Origin: Hormiphora californensis
Lineage: Eukaryota; Animalia; Ctenophora
Assembly: GCA_020137815.1 (NCBI GenBank)
Contig: CM035356.1
Coordinates: forward strand, 4,154,001-4,218,000
Direction: 5' to 3'
Length of the DNA: 64,000 nt
The notes under the pieces were generated by a model, which ran no database searches, was not told the DNA's origin, and was given only the letters and a program-made list of their open reading frames with translations. The position numbers and the translations under genes were made by a program. Shown here one piece after another: positions 35,562 to 49,173 of the stretch; position 1 is the first letter of the stretch, and the number at the start of each line of letters is the position of its first letter.

Positions 35562-37927
35562 GTAAATATGGGCTGATCGTTTTAGTTTCTTATAATCCTC
35601 CTTTACATTTATGTGGGGGCAGCGCGGTGTTGAACAAGGCAAGTTTTTGTTTGATCAGAACATGTAGTGACCTGACAAAAAATAGTTCTAGTTCCTTCAT
35701 GGAACAACTGCAACAGTATTAGCAGGTCCCCGTCTAGATGTCCGAATGTCTGACGTCCTGCAAATTGAATTGCTGAGAAAATGTGTATATTCCGAGTTGG
35801 GTTACATAGCGTTTCTCAATTTTCCCGCCCCTCCCTCCTGCATACAGTGTCTCGTCCCCTCTCTAGTCTCTGTCTCTATTTTGACACTTTGAACAATTAT
35901 TATTCTCTGTGGTTGTGGGGTATCCTTTGAATTGTGGTGCTGCTGCAGACACCACATGTCTCCCCTTCCCCCTAAAATTAAAATAATTCTAACCCCCTCT
36001 TTAATGCTATTCCTTCCGGTTTGCTAAATCTTTCTTTCTCGTGCCTCCTTTCTTCCTCTCCTGTTATATCGCTCATTGGCAGCTCACACACTCCTTCTTC
36101 CTATGGCCTTACTAAGGTTTTAAACCGCAAAAGCTAACAATCACTCCTATGCACATCCTCGCCTTCCCTACCTCTCCATCTCTCTATCTCTTGCTGCATT
36201 CACTCTCCTTCCTTCTCCATCCATTTCTCCTCTCTATCACTCTCTCTCATTCTCTCTCTACTCGCAGGAAGACCATCATCCATGGAGAACAATTGCAGCG
36301 ATCAACAACGCGACTCAGGTACGTCTGTGTGTGTGTGTGTGGGGCGAGGGAGGTCACAATGTCCCTGCTCTTCCGGTGTAGTAGTAATGCACTAAAATTT
36401 CCAAATAACCAAGCGTTTCCTCCTCCCCACCAGCTCAAGCTCTCTCACTCGCTCTCCATAATTATCTCACCTTCTTTCTTTCTTTCTTTGATTAACTGCC
36501 AGAGAAGAGAATGTCCGAAAGTAAGACGTGTTATTATAACAAGTCTCAGTTTCCGATGTGACATGTATAATACTGCATGCTATCGAGACATGAGAGAGTT
36601 ATCTGCTCAGTCCCTATTGAGCAGTAGCTGCAGCAGTAGCTTTTAATGGCCCCGTTAGCAGATAGTGTGTGACGTGACTACTGTCCAATGTCTGCAGAGG
36701 GGTCTACAAGAGAGAGCTGGATAGAGTCCGTTCTGCATAGATGCACCAGCAGCAGGAGTAGATCTTTCTATCTGGATCTCTCTGGAGATCTGCTAGAGCT
36801 CTAGTAGATCGACTACGCGCGATATCGATCCGAGCTCTTATCGATAGCTGTCTCTCTCTCTGCAACTCCTCTCTAGAATACTCTCTCTCCTCTATCTTCT
36901 CTCTCGCTCTCTATATTTCTCTCTTCTCTCGTCTCTCTCTCTCTCCTCTCTCTCTCTCTCTATATCCCCCCTCTCTCCCTCTCAGTATGTGTGTATACCG
37001 TTAGCAGACACAATGTGTGCAGAAGGAAGCTTAGCTCCTGCGGCGGACGGGGGACACGAAGACTGAAGAGAGAGAGAAGAAGAGAGATATAAAGAATAAG
37101 GATAGAGAGAGAGAGAGACGCCGGAAACACTGTGAATAATAATAGATCATCTGATAGTTCAGTAGATGGAAGTGCGTCCCGGAATTAGAAACGGAAAGAA
37201 TAAAGATGTTCAATAGACATATATTTTGTGTGAAGAACTGTCCAGAAGTTGCTCTTCACAGAGCACGCTTTTTATTTCATGAAATAAAATTCAGTGCTAC
37301 ACAGTCTAGCAGAAGAGAGTAAGAAATATCTTGTGATTTCCTGAAACGAGTGTGGTATACAGCAAAGTAGTGTAATGGTGTGTCGGTGTGATTAAACATT
37401 ACCGAGTTAGAAAGAAAGGTGTAAGAAACAGGTGTGCTTTATGTGTGAACTGTGAAGTAGTTGGATGAACTAGTAATCAGATCTGAGTTGTTCAGTACAT
37501 ATAATTGCCAATATAATATCTCAACAACACACAGTGTGTTTCGATAATATTTCGTGTAATCACGAATCTTCATAATTAATGTTGGTTCGCTCTGTCATTG
37601 GTAGGAGAGAATGATTATCGAATAATTATGTCATGCGGAAAACAGTCATTGAGACTCCTGTTATAGAGGTCATTTTTAGAATTCTACATGGACAATGGCT
37701 CTGGATAGTCTGGAGAGAGATAGAGAGATAGAGAGAGAGATAGTACTGAAATGGAATAAAAGATGCTGTTTCTTCGCAATCTCGAGTTCTTTCATTTCTC
37801 CAGCATTTATAATGTACTTTCTCAATTGTCTTCCTTCTTTATCTATCTCTATCTCTCTCACTCATACACAGTCCACGCTGCACAATGCAGTTTAGCACAA
37901 AACCACACGTCGTTCTGAAAGGATTAA

Positions 37928-38396
37928 AGTGAGAGTGGACCGGATCAAAATTGGACAAGTTTGTTGTAGCTAGTAGAGAATAGCTCCCTGAGCATTTTGC
38001 GTTTTTCCCGCTCAAAATCGACCCACCCAACACTGAGATATTTTTGTTATGTTGGGAGAATTTCTGCTGGATCAATATTTATCAAACAGGATAGAAACAA
38101 TCCTTGTGTTTTACTAACACATTCTTTAAATTTGTAATATGCTGGCTTGCATTGCCCTGCTTCTGTGCATGGACATGTCAACCTCACTGCTTATATTCAG
38201 AATGTGTTTGTAAAACACCACGATTGTTTCTATTCTGTTTTATACATACTGATTAAACAGGAGTTCTCCCAACATAACAAAAATATCTCAGTGATGGGTG
38301 GGTCGATTTTGAGCGGCAAAAACGCAAAATGCTCAGAAAACTAATCTCTACTAACTACAACAAACTTGTTCAATTCTGATTCGGTCCACTCTCACT
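37928..38396. mobile_element. Kolobok-like TTAA foldback MITE (AG...CT termini), older copy with imperfect arms
   Basis: TTAA|AGTGAGAGTGGACCG...CGGTCCACTCTCACT|TTAA; arms of about 210 bp with scattered mismatches. Confidence 0.8.
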
Positions 38397-38739
38397 TTAA
38401 TAAACGTGTGTGTGGTAGTTTGAAGTTGGAAACAACTCTCCCCGTTTACCAGTTTAGTGGTTTCCTACTAAATTGTACAAATTTGCGGTTTTAGGAGAGA
38501 TGGAAATAAAGATAGGCTTGGCTCCGGGGGATAGAGAGAGATGGAATTGGAGCTGGCAGCTGCTTTTGTTCTAGTGCATCTTATTATCATTTTCTCTCTC
38601 TTAAACAGGAAGGATTCGATCGACAGATGCTGGTAAACTAAACCTTTGTGGTATCTACTAAAGATCATCTGTCCAAATCACTGTCCAAATCACTGTCCAA
38701 ATCACTGTCCAAATCACTAGATCTACCAATCTCCGTGTA

Positions 38740-39853
38740 CCGCGTGGCCCAAATTAAAGGGAGGGTACGTTGGCCTTCTTTTCACCCAGAAGTTTAATTT
38801 CAATCACTCTGATATTTTGACACAATGTCTGCATGGGTACTCATTCGAGGAATCCGAAGTTTCAAATCATAAAAGTTGAAAGTTCATTAATGAACTCAAT
38901 TTTTCGTTTTTCGGGTTTTTTGAGGTTTTCTCTTCATTAAATTCGATTTTATTATTTTAAAAACCGCCATACAATAGAGCAAGTATCAACAAATGGCAAT
39001 CTGCATTTTTATTAAAATTGAATCAAGTTTAGTGGGTGAAATAAGTTATTTAAAGATGATATTTTTTACCAAACATCGATTTTGACCTGTTTTGACCAGA
39101 AATCGGTAAATTCAGGCGCTAAAAATCTGAACGGCCACTACACTTGATCAATTTTGATGTTAGCCGGAATTTAAGCTCTCTGTCTTAAAATTCATTTTTC
39201 CGACTGGAATGAATCCTGAATGAACTTGAAAACAGGAATGCTTTTTGGAACCGGAATTTCACAGTCGCCTTCGGGTATCGATTTCCTTTCAAACGCGACT
39301 AATTTGAGCTCAATTGGACCACCACAAGAGACACAGTGTCTAGTTATCTAATCCTAGGTTTGGTCATCTGAGACCTAATGAGACGATAGCGTCATTACTA
39401 AGTGCCAATAAGCAGGTGTAACAGTCGAGTATCACGTATCACGTCTGCTAATGAGGATGGTGTACCGATACAGCATCCGTTAAAATGTAAGCTCTCTAAT
39501 CTCTTGCTAACACGTCATAATTTGATGGGGATCACATGACTTACCCTAGGCTTAGAAAACGGATCACTGTGATTCTTGTGGTGATCCAATTAAGCTCAAA
39601 CTGGTCCCATTCGAAAGGAAATCGATAGCCAAACAAATTTGTGAAACTTTGGTACCGAAATATGGTCCCATATTGGTGTTCATTCAATGTTCATTCGGTC
39701 GAAAAAAATGAACTTTTATCCAGAGGGCTGAAAATTTGGATTCCTCGAATGAGTAACCATGCAGACATTGTGTCAAAATATCAGAGTGATTGAAATTAAA
39801 CTTCTGGGTGAAAAGAAGGCCAACGTACCCTCCCTTTAATTTGGGCCACGCGG
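38740..39853. mobile_element. TA-flanked (Tc1/mariner/pogo-like) non-autonomous element
   Basis: TIRs of about 115 bp starting CCGCGTGGCCCAAATTAAAGGGAGGG; TA at 38738-38739 and 39854-39855; additional degenerate internal inverted repeat. Confidence 0.8.
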
Positions 39854-40015
39854 TACATGACCATCAGAATGACACACAACCTGGATGAGAGATACACCTC
39901 ATGTATATGGCACCTGTCTCACACTGTGACTGTGTGGTCAAATTACAAAGTGAGATTCTACTGCACCTCTCGGACCACTTTAACTTACGGTATCTACCTA
40001 TCTCCCTTCTCTATC

Positions 40016-40052
<37 letters not shown>

Positions 40053-42798
40053 CTGGTAGTTTGGTACCTCGTATTGGTTCGGTATAATTCATGAGAGATA
40101 ACGTCATGTAGTATAATCAAGTTACATCAGCTGTTGCAGTACATATTGATATACCTCAACTCTCCAAGAGGCTTGATAAAGCCTTCCTTTTTTACAAAAT
40201 AAACTTTAGCCACACCTTTTAAACAGCTGAACACTGAGTAGATTTTCTCACACAGTATAGGCTCCGTTCTCAAAAAGTGCCGAAATGTCTCCTCCCCCTA
40301 ACTCCGCCGCCGCTCCTCCTTTCGCTATGAATAACAAGCTCTCAACAAAGGCAGCCTGAGAAACTTTTAAAATTAGTACCACCACACAATTTGTTGTTCC
40401 AAATTTCACTTTAAAAAGTATCCAAAACTATGGGGAGAGCCAACCGATAGGCCCATTTTCCCATACAAAATACCGCATTTTTTTCTGTCATAGTTTTCCT
40501 CGTTTGTGGGAGGGGAAGATAGAATTGTGATTTTTATGGGAAAAAAAAATATTTTGGGCCAATGATTGAGAATAATTATACAACATCAACAATATTGAAG
40601 AAGTTATAACAGGAAATGATAATTTCAAATTTGTTCGAACCATCATCCCCTTTCAATTGATTCAACACTTGACCATGAAAATTTCTCATCTGACCGGAGT
40701 CCCCTTAAAAAGGTGTTTAGAAAATACCAAATTAATTAACCCAATTTTTAAAAAAGGTTTTTTCTTTTTTTAAATTTAGCCAGATTAACCCTCCCGGTTA
40801 CTTTTCCCCAGAATTTGGGAAACCCCCCCCTCTGATTCCCCTTCCGGGCAAAAGGGGTTCTCCCTTTTCTTCCCGGGGGGGACCCAAAGAAAAAATGGAC
40901 CCCAAAATTTTTCTTTTAAAAAAAGTTGGGGATAGAGGGGGCGAGGGGAAAGGGGAAATGGCAGAAGAGAAGGGGAGAGAGACAAAGAATGGAGAAGGGT
41001 TAGGAACGGGCAGGAGAGATAAAGGGGAAAACAAAGAGAGAAAAAGCATGAGAGGGCGAGAGGGAAGAAAGAGTAACGATTGGCGTCAAAGATGATATTT
41101 CCGGAAAGGTCTCGGACCCGGGGAAAAGGGGGGCGGAGATTTCCCTGGGGCCCCAAGTGCCCCCCCCCTTTTCCCCCTTTTTTTGAAACCCTCCCACCCC
41201 CGGTTTTAAAAGGGGGATTTTTTTTGGTTTTTTAAAAAAAGGGGCCCCGGGGCAATTTTTCTTTTTTCGGGCCCTTTCTTTAGGGTGGTGGTTTGTTGAA
41301 TGCCCCCCCCGGGTTTTTTTTTTTTGGATTGCCCCCCTTCAAAAGGGGAAGAGGAGGGGGAAAAGGGGATTTTCCCCCCCCCCCGGGGGGAAAAAAAGGG
41401 GGGGGGGGGGGCCCAAAGGGGGGAAAACCGAAGGGAAAAACCCCGGGGGGGGTAAAAGGGGGGGGGAAAAAATGGGGAGAGAAGAGAAGAGGGGAGAAAG
41501 GGGAAAGGGAAAGGGAGTTTAAAACGGGGGGGAAAAGGGAAAGAGGAGGGGGGGGAAGAGGGGGAGAGGAAGGAGGGGACGGGAAGAGGAGAGAGGGGGG
41601 GGAGGGGCCCCGGAAGGGGAAAAAACAGAAGGGACGGAGTTAGGGAGAATAGCGATTTTGGAGAGCGATAAGCGGGTTTCTGTGTTGTTAGAGCCAATGA
41701 TTCCCCCTCCCTCTCTCCTATCTCCTCTCTCTCTTCGATAATTTTGCTACTTGCCCTCTCTACAGTTCGGGCCACTATGTGTGGGAAAAGGGTTTTGGGC
41801 AGAGTTTGCCCCAGTAGAGAGACTACACATGTGACATTACTTTGCCCTTTTCCCGAAAATTATTCGAGAGGAACCCCCGGTCCCAGGTTTTTTTAGGGGT
41901 TTCGGATGATTGGTTTATGGCCCAAAGGCACTTCTGGTCAGGGCTTTAGAGGTGGTCGGATGATTGGATATGGACAAAGAGCTATAATTGCGGATTGTTT
42001 TCGTTACAAAATGTCTATGAATACTATTCCGGGACAATTTGGCTGTTACTTGTTATGAAGTTGAATTTAGAAAAAAAAACCTCATCAGCAAAATAAAGAG
42101 AACGGTTGTGCCCTGGAGCGTTTTTTATAATTGATGACATTCAATATTCATGAAATAGACCATTGTTAGCAGAAAGTGGTCAGTCAGATCGCCTCTAGAT
42201 ATTACACACACACACACATATACGTTAGAGCTAGTGAAGCCATGAGATTGTCAGTGCAATGACGCATGAACCCATCCTGCACTTGGTAGTCGATAGGAGG
42301 GAAACCATTCTCAGATCTAGCTAGTTTCTGACATCCATAGATCCAAAGAGAGAGCTGCAGAGATATGGAGGAATGAGGCGCGCGCGCTGTGACTGCGCGG
42401 TGATGAAAGTGCAACTTTTCAGCACCTACCGTAACAGTGTGTGAGATATTCTGATAAGCAATATATTGATCTTCACTTCGATTTCAGGTACACCTGTCAG
42501 TAGCAGTACATACAAGCTTTGCTTCGGAATGTAAGTAATTAATTGACAAGTACTGCAGATTGACATGCAGGCTTGTGAAGAGGCGTTTTTTTATTATTTT
42601 AACCGCTTCGTTTTTCTGTCAAACCGACCCAACCCGTTTATCTCTTTCTCCGTTTCCTGTTACAATGTCTACTGTCTGTGTGAAAGTATGATTATATTCA
42701 AAACGTGACTGCACATGTGTCTGTTGCACTGTCTGCTGCAAACTGTGCGAGTTGTCTACTACCAGTCATGCTAACACTTCATACCTACCATTATATTA

Positions 42799-42883
<85 letters not shown>

Positions 42884-44867
42884 CATACTGTCTATATAAA
42901 TCTCTCCTCCCCATAGGTCTCCACAACCAGTGGTAGTTGAAGAGGAAGATGGAATGCAGCCAGCAGTTGTTTCAGGTAAATATGTTCTAGAAGTATGGAT
43001 CCTCTGCTTGCAGTCATGTGTAATTCGGGTTCTCTAGCTCTCTATCAGAGCATTGACCTGACATTGGCATATATTCTCAATTCTTCCAAACAGCGGTCAG
43101 AGCATTGGCCTGACAGCAAGCCCTAAACCCATACTTCCCAGAGGTGCAACCTTAGATAGGATATCATTAATTGGAATTTACCCTCACCCTCTAATTAACT
43201 GAAACCATGCACTGCATGCAATAGTAATACCAAGAATACAAGACGCCATTGTTCTAGGATATCGCTTACTGGAGAAGCCATCTTATATTAACTGATTAGC
43301 GTATTATCCTAGTTGGCACTATTGCAGTGCCGGGGGTGGGTAACTAACAGGGCTTCTAAATCACTGTTTAGGGTTGGTTAGGAATGGCTTCTCTCATAAA
43401 CACGGCCCGGCTAGCTGTACAATCGGAGGGAGGGGTTGCACTGAAAAATGTGGGTTGAAAAATGGTGAAGGGAAAAATGCTTTCAATTTATATAGCCGGA
43501 GTTTTTCACGTTTAGAAATTTAGAGTAGAGATGATTCTGGGTAACAATTGTAGCGAGTTGTGAGACTGATGCTGCAGTGCTGCACTCTAAGCGTGTGATA
43601 TATCTCTGCTATGTAACCACAAATACTCTGTGATGCACTCCAATATACGGCTACTTATGTATCTAGTTAGCGAATAGTTACCTTCGCTTAAAAATCTCAT
43701 GCAGTATGCTCATTGCTCATTTTACGTTACCTTAGTCACTGGCCACTGGACACCAAAAGTTTTTTTGAGAGAAGGGGTGAGAGAAGAGAGAAGGAGAAGA
43801 GATAGAGGAACGAGGTTTGAAAATCAGACAAAAGCTGTTTTTACTCACGACCGAAAGGAAATTGGAAGGGTTTAGGGCCTCCACCCAAAGGGTTTAAATT
43901 TATTTGTCATGGCCCCCAAAAACAGTTAATACCCTGGAAACTTAATTCCAAATTTCATGTTCCTTCATTCATTCTATCTCCCCCGAGGCTTTCAACGCCC
44001 CAACCACCTTCTCTCCTTCCATTCTTCCAAACTCTTTTAATTCTTCTTCTTTAACCCTTTTTTTCCTTATTACCTTATCTGTTTCATTTATTCATGTTTC
44101 TTCCATTACCTTCCATCTTTTCCCCGGGTTTCGAGCCCCCAGAACACCTTTTTCCCCTAATTCCGATTCACATACCCATATTTGCGGGTTTTTCCCCTCC
44201 CCCCTTTTAGTTTTCCTATGCCATCCCTCCCCATACCGGGGCTGACCTTTCAGAGCCTGGTTTTTTTTCTACCCGGGGCTCAAAACTTTCACTCTAAAAA
44301 CTATGGTTAGTTATGGATCGCCAAACCATTATTTTCTCACGCCAACCTAAAATTGCCCGGGGCCGGGGTAAATGTTAAAATTGTAATGTCTTGGGTTTTG
44401 ACTTAAAAAGAAACCCCTTAATTTTTGTAATACTTTAAATTCATAATTTCTTCCCAAATTCATTCCAATTCTTACACCAACTTTGCGCCTTTTTCCCTTT
44501 TTATTTTAAGCCGATTTTTATACCCTTATTTTGACGTTTTCCCGTCTACCCTTATAGGTTTGGGTATGGCCATCGCCACACCCCCTATACGTCGCGGGAC
44601 CTCGAGACCTTTCCAACGAGCCATAGAACACCTCTCTACTACTTCAGGGGGCTTCAAAACTTTCACTCTAAAAATATCTATGGTTATGGTTTTATGGTTT
44701 TATGGTTTTACTCGTATCTAATCCTTGAGAGCAGCCGGTCGAGAGAGGGTCAGTTTACCTGCACAAACCGGTTATCCGTTATTGCTTCATCTGTTTTTCC
44801 CACACTGCAGTTTCACTATCCCTGGCACGTTCATCTCCTGTATCTTTATCTCTCTTCTATTCTATCT

Positions 44868-45067
<200 letters not shown>

Positions 45068-47174
45068 GGCCCTTCTCTCAGAGCGTGTTTTTGTCTCGTA
45101 GAGGCCAGGACAATCATCAAGGCATCAAGCGCCACTCTCTCGGGGACCTCTCATCAAGCAAAGCAATAGAGCATGATCTATCTCACTCTCTCTCTGTACT
45201 TTCTCTTCGCTCCATCACTAACACTCCGGGGGCGGATTGCTTTGCTTGTTTTTTTGAAAGGTGTTTAAAATTTGAGTGCAAGTTATCCTTTACTTTTCCT
45301 ACGTCAAACAGAAGAGAGAGAGGAAGGCAAAGGGGGTGCCGAAAAAGACTTTAGAATGCTATCTCAAGTAGCAGTTTCATATATTCTATAGTCTGAATTG
45401 CGTTCTAACCATCTTTGTCTTCGTGTGTGGTCCCTGCATTGTATATACTACCGCCTGCATTATATACTACCACATGTATTAGTTGGTAACGAAATAACCC
45501 CTCCCTTGCCAGTACGCGAAGGTTGCGGCCTCTTTAGAGGGGTTATTTCTTGTTTTGTTCAAACCGCGCGGGGAGGGAGGGTCGAACAAGGCAAGTTATT
45601 TCGTAACCAACTGTATTAGTTACCTTGGTGTTATTTACAAGCTTTCATTATGCAAATATTCAGATGTGGGCTGCATGTTAATGGTCCAGATGCATTAGTT
45701 TGAGTTGATGTTAGTTAATTGTGAAATCAGGGCCTATGAAATACTGTCGATGACTTTCAAAGGCCGTTTCTCTGTTCCCCCCTCAGCCCTCTCCCGCTTT
45801 CTCCGTTCTACACCTTCCACCCGATTTTGTCTCTCCCTCCGGCGTTCCATTTCATGTGTCTATTACGTTTGTAACGTTTAGACGCTAGAAGTGACATTTA
45901 GTGACTCTTTGGCGCCTTTACGTTAGCTCATATATTGGGGAGAGAATACGGTAAATACTTCATGGGGGAATACTTCATACTTCAGGAACTCACATCTGTT
46001 CGCCACGTGAAGTTAGAACTTTTATATTAAATCTCTCTCTCTCTCCAAAGGTTTTCTAACACATGTCTGTTTACCTTACGGCACGCTCTCTTTCTCGTTC
46101 ATTCCTAAAACTCATTCCCACCCTCTAATGTGTCTCTCTTCTTTTTTCAGCTGTCCACAATTTAGTCTCCATCTGTTTTTCTTTGATAAACTTCTAATTT
46201 TATTTTTTTTAATGACTTCATCGTTCCTACAGTACATATATCTCATATATCTCATTTTATTTCTCTTTATTTTTAATCCTAACTAATCTGAAATCTCTCC
46301 ACACTCTCTCTCTCTCTCTCCGTCCCCTCTCTTCTGTCCCTCTCTCTCATCCTTCTCTCTCACTCTCTCTCCGCCCCTCTCTCTCCATGATTTGTTGCCG
46401 TGAAGATGCGTCAACTCTGTGTAGCCTATGGAAATTGTTGACCTTGCTCCCTCATCTTATGCATGTTTGTTTGCATTAACCTCCTCTTGACAGATACATC
46501 ATGCGTTGAGGGAGCAATGCTGTGAGAAAAGTGAGGCATGGAGAGAGAGCTAGAGACGGATAAATAGAGAGAGAGATAGACGGTCAGTCAAGAGAGATCG
46601 AGGGGGGGGGGGGGCAAGAAAAGTAAGAAAAAACAAAGAACACGTGTGATGGTGATGATTTTAGCGTGACTCAGTACTTGATCTGTCAGCATATTTGGTC
46701 TCGATCATAGATCACCAACATATTATTACCAAATAATTCTTCTGTATGCTACTCAACCTACTAAAATTCTCTTATTCACTTCTCTCTGAAGTCTGATCTA
46801 ACATGTTTTTTACTAGACACTAAAATAACTCTTTTATTAGTGCCCCTACGATATATAAACTGTAAGTTGTGTCTGCCGCTCTGTTACAACTACATACCCT
46901 ATTTTTTGCACGTTTTTTTGTTCCATAAAAGGGTAAACGTGTTGCAAGCGGGACACCTCATAGCTCCTCACTTTTCTGTCTAAAAGCGTTTCATTTCTTC
47001 ATTACTTTATAGTCAAGTTATAGTAGCTTCTCCTTCTGAAAGAATCCCTTTACTGGAGCATATTGGGATGAAGAAGAGAGTGGGTATAAAGAAACCCTAG
47101 ATTCCGTGTCACGATGATCATTGACGCACATAACACATTTGCAAATTCTAAACTTAGTGCAGCTGTTTTGTATC

Positions 47175-47310
47175 CTAGTAACCCCCTAGCAACCCCTTAG
47201 CAACCCGTTAGTAACCCCCTAGCAACCCCCTAGCAACCCCTTAATATCCCCTAGTAACTCCCTTAGTAACTCCCTTAGTATCCCTTAGTAACCTCCTAGG
47301 CCCTAGTAAT
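47175..47310. repeat. Minisatellite (TAGYAACCCC-like, about 11-12 bp)
   Basis: Roughly ten imperfect tandem units. Confidence 0.8.
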
Positions 47311-47818
47311 AACCCCGCAAGTGTCGTGGAAGTACACGGGGCCGGTCTTGCATTGCTTGTATTGCTCGTGCCCTATTTTTAAAAGCTAGGCTCTGAGGAA
47401 GGCCGGTCATGACTCAACCACGCCTGCTAGAGAAAGAGAGGGGGAGATAGATAGAAAGAGAGGGAGAGAGAGGGATAGAGAGAGAGAGTGAGGGAGACTC
47501 AAAAGAGTTTTCTGTTTGACGAATCCCTACTAACGTACTATAGCTCTACAACACTCTTTACTACTACACATGTTTGTTGCTTGATCACATTTCTCCTACT
47601 CTTTCTAGGTCAACAAAGTTGCAGCACGCCCTGCTTTCTTTGGTTTAGTCAAACAGTCTCACTCCTAACCCCCTCCTTCAAAAACGACAAACAGTCTCAC
47701 TCCAAACTTGTCCTTCTCAACCACTGTGTGCTCTCAACCACTGTCTGCTCCCTTCTGTGCTCCCTAGTCTCTGACAGTGCCCCGGTTTTATTCTCCTAAC
47801 CTCGTTTTCCTTTGCTAG

Positions 47819-49113
47819 ATGTGTACGATCTACGGACAATCAAACGTGCGGTCAAGGATCTAATTCACCTACCGAAGGAAGTTTTTGCAACCAAACTCGC
47901 CTGGCTTTATCCCCCACTTGCTCTTGGTCGCTTTCACAAGTGGCTACTTTATAAACTGAGAAGATTTGATTCCTGCGAGGCGGATCTTCCGACAGACTCA
48001 CTCGATTTCCTGTTTGACGCTTTTTCCCAGGTTCGGTTAATAGAATTGAATCCTGTTTAAATATTTTATCCGGCCTTTTATTTATTTGTTGAGTTACTCA
48101 AAAAGTATTGTTCTGTGAACTACATCTAACACCCCCACTCCTATCTGCAGAGTCTCTACCTAGCCCGATCTATATACGACCTGGTCCATCTGATTCGGAA
48201 ACTAATGGCAGCTGAGAGAGTTGACCAGCCCGCCATCACCCACAGTCCTGAGCTGATGAGCTCCTTTCTTAATGAACTAAAGGAAATTAGAGCCCAACTT
48301 GCCACATCACGACAACTGAACAGCGGAGCTTGTCATCAGGTGAGTGTCCCAGTTTTACTTTTTAATGATTTTAATCATCATGACGTATTCAGTGACATTT
48401 ATAATGAATATTTAAAAGTTTAAAGTAAAGAACAATTCAACCCTTGCCTAGCAAACTCATAAATGCAAATGATCCTTCTCAGGAGGAGTTGATCTCCCTA
48501 CGCAAGAAGGTCCGGCTGTATGAAGCTCAGATAGCTGCTCTGAACGCAGCTACCACCAGCACCGCCGACTTTGGAACGCTTGTAAAGGCGGGTCTTCGCA
48601 GGTTGATCTACCCTGGCCGGAAGCAATGTCATGAAGTGGTGGTGGAGGTGGGCAAGGGTGGGGTGGATGCCCACATCACGGACCACCCTATTCCAAGGAG
48701 AAAGAGTTCTGCTAGTAGCAGTACCTGTAGTGTCGAGAGTATCAAGTTGAAACGAAAGGGTGCTATTGTTGTAATAGCAGATGAAGAGGAAGTGATAGAG
48801 GAGGAGGATAGAGTGATAGAAGAAGAAGATAGAGTGATAGAAGATGAAGATAGAGTGATAGAAGATGAAGATAGAGTGATAGAAGAGGAAGATAGAGTGA
48901 TAGGGGATGAAGATAGAATGATAGAAGACGAAGATAGAGGGGTGTTCTATCAAGATGAAGATGAAATGGATTATACGGAGATGAGATTAAGATCGTCAGC
49001 TCATGATCTAGAGATGGCGGACTATGTTGAGAGTGATCAGTTACCGACTACCTCCCTGCTTCCTGTTACCCGTGTAAGTCTTTGAGCTTACACTTTAGAC
49101 TCTGGGAGGGTGG

Positions 49114-49173
<60 letters not shown>

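Noticed and set aside
40785-41775. G/K/P/F-rich ORFs (also 54585-55086 and 58396-59801)
   Set aside because: They fall in low-quality homopolymer-rich sequence.
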